Under the pieces are notes generated by a model. The model ran no database searches and was not told the DNA's origin. It saw only the letters and a list, made by a program, of their open reading frames with translations. DNA of 64,000 bases from the NCBI GenBank assembly GCA_965202585.1, contig OZ241829.1:25172001-25236000 (forward strand), given 5' to 3'. This document shows positions 62,513 through 64,000 of the stretch, piece after piece. The translations under genes and the position numbers were made by a program. Within the stretch, counting starts at the first letter, position 1; every line of letters begins with the position of its first letter. Source of the stretch: Thalia democratica (Eukaryota).

Positions 62513-64000
62513 TACCGAAACTTGTGGTCTGATGATCGAATTGGCATGATCAACCCTTTTGTTAAAATAACTTACGTATAAATTTGTTTTAACGTTTAAA
62601 AAAAACTTTCTTATCTATTTTTTATATTATAACTAGTGCTTATTGTTAACGAAAAATGTATATTACACATTGTAAATACTGTTTATTTGTTTTTAACTTA
62701 ATTCTTATTATTATAAACTTTTAAAATCTGTTAACGGTTTACAACTTGTTAAATATTTTTAAGCATAAAATGTTGCTTATTATGCAACAAAGTTCTTTAT
62801 ACGTTTTTTTATTTCATATTAAAAAATTTGTAAACCATTTATACATTTTTTCTTTTCGCACGATTTAAATAAAGTATAAAACTATTGACACTTGTTGAAT
62901 GCCTTATAAAGTTCGCTTCCTTTTTCAAGTACAAATTACGTACTTCCGTTTTCATGAAGTTTTTCAAGTCACATGTAGAATTCATTTTGTTTGGGCTGTT
63001 TTTTAATTTTACTTCACGTAATACACAAAGTAAAGTTAGTATGAAAATATTAACAGAGCTTTGCGCAAGTAAAGCTACTGTCCATATTAGATTCAATAAT
63101 ATTTAGGCAATTATGTTATGTATTACAGTAACGTTTTCAAACAAATCCTTTAATTTTTAAAACAGCTTCAAAAAGCATTCAGCTTAGCTTTTTTCAACCA
63201 TTTTAGAGTAGTTTAACTGATACTGTTCTTCAAAGGCGCTAAAGAAATTAAATAGAAATGCGGTACTACATACAATCAAATAAAACATACTAAACTGAAA
63301 TTAATGAACTTATTTGTGTTTATTTAACTTCTGTCTGATCATTTCCATCTAAACAAAACCTTTTTTCATAATCTAAGAAAGTTATAAATACATTACTTTT
63401 ACTAACAACTTTTAAATAAGTAATTATTTAAATTTTGTTTTTAAATAAAATTTATTTAAAATTTTACTACTAAAACGCTCTTATACACCTACACCTAAAA
63501 AACATAAAATGTTGGTTATTAAAAAAAAGTGCAAACTTGTTTCTGAGCTTAATAGTTTTTATTATGTCTTAATTTTTATATAATGGTTGTACTGAGTTAA
63601 TCAAGATTCTTAATTACTTACAAAATTGATATATTGTTTAAATACGTTTTACTACGAAACCTTCGTTTGAACAGGTTATTTTTCCAGTGGGTTTTAAAGC
63701 AATAGGTATAATATGTAAAAAAATTGAAAAGAAAAAAAAGTGTGTTATTATAACTAACCATGATTTGTAAAATATTAAGTCGTTAAAGTAATAAGTTGTA
63801 AAAAATACACCGATACAAAAAAAAAAAAAAATAACTAATATAACTACAAGTTTACGTTGATTTAGTTTCGGAATAAACAATGCGACCTGCTAGTTTAGAT
63901 TGCAATGTGACTAAACCGTTATTTTTTAAAATACCCTACAACTTAACATAGTTAATCAAAGGTTACTAAGCATGCTTTTGTTTTTTTCAAAAAAAAAAAT

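Larger units (their letters stand above)
62272..62561. mobile_element. Inverted (fold-back) insertion of the hammerhead-bearing repeat, with 13-bp TSD
   Basis: Perfect 110-bp arms 62339-62448 / 62457-62566 around an 8-nt spacer gactacaa; ttaaaataactta at both 62259-62271 and 62562-62574. Confidence 0.92.

Overview
Very AT-rich genomic DNA from an animal, most likely an invertebrate (spliceosomal introns, metazoan gene families, hAT/Kolobok MITEs, Penelope elements); species not assignable from the sequence. No prokaryotic features, CRISPR arrays, rRNA or tRNA were found. Genes: an intronless BTB protein (2743-4314); a frameshifted Ly6/uPAR GPI-protein pseudogene (9742-10165); small exons at 15.0-15.5 kb followed by a giant 8.4-kb Thr/Glu/Lys-repeat exon ending in a CaaX box (17201-25647); an intronless SLC43-family MFS transporter (31895-33331); four spliced 3' exons of an IQANK1-like gene on the minus strand (37460-40999); an intronless WD40/DCAF-like gene (48938-50107); an orphan with NLS and SIM-like motifs (51573-52148). 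The standout non-coding signals are hammerhead ribozymes of two families. One lies at the 3' end of a truncated Penelope RT/GIY-YIG element (57494-57560). The other belongs to a ~300-nt retrozyme/pLTR-like repeat with 3 copies, one of which is a perfect 110-bp-arm palindrome carrying an intact-looking hammerhead on each strand, flanked by a 13-bp target-site duplication (62272-62561). The standout coding signal is a mucin-like giant that appears to be prenylated and intracellular rather than secreted. All coordinates, alignments and RNA folds were derived by eye and need computational confirmation.
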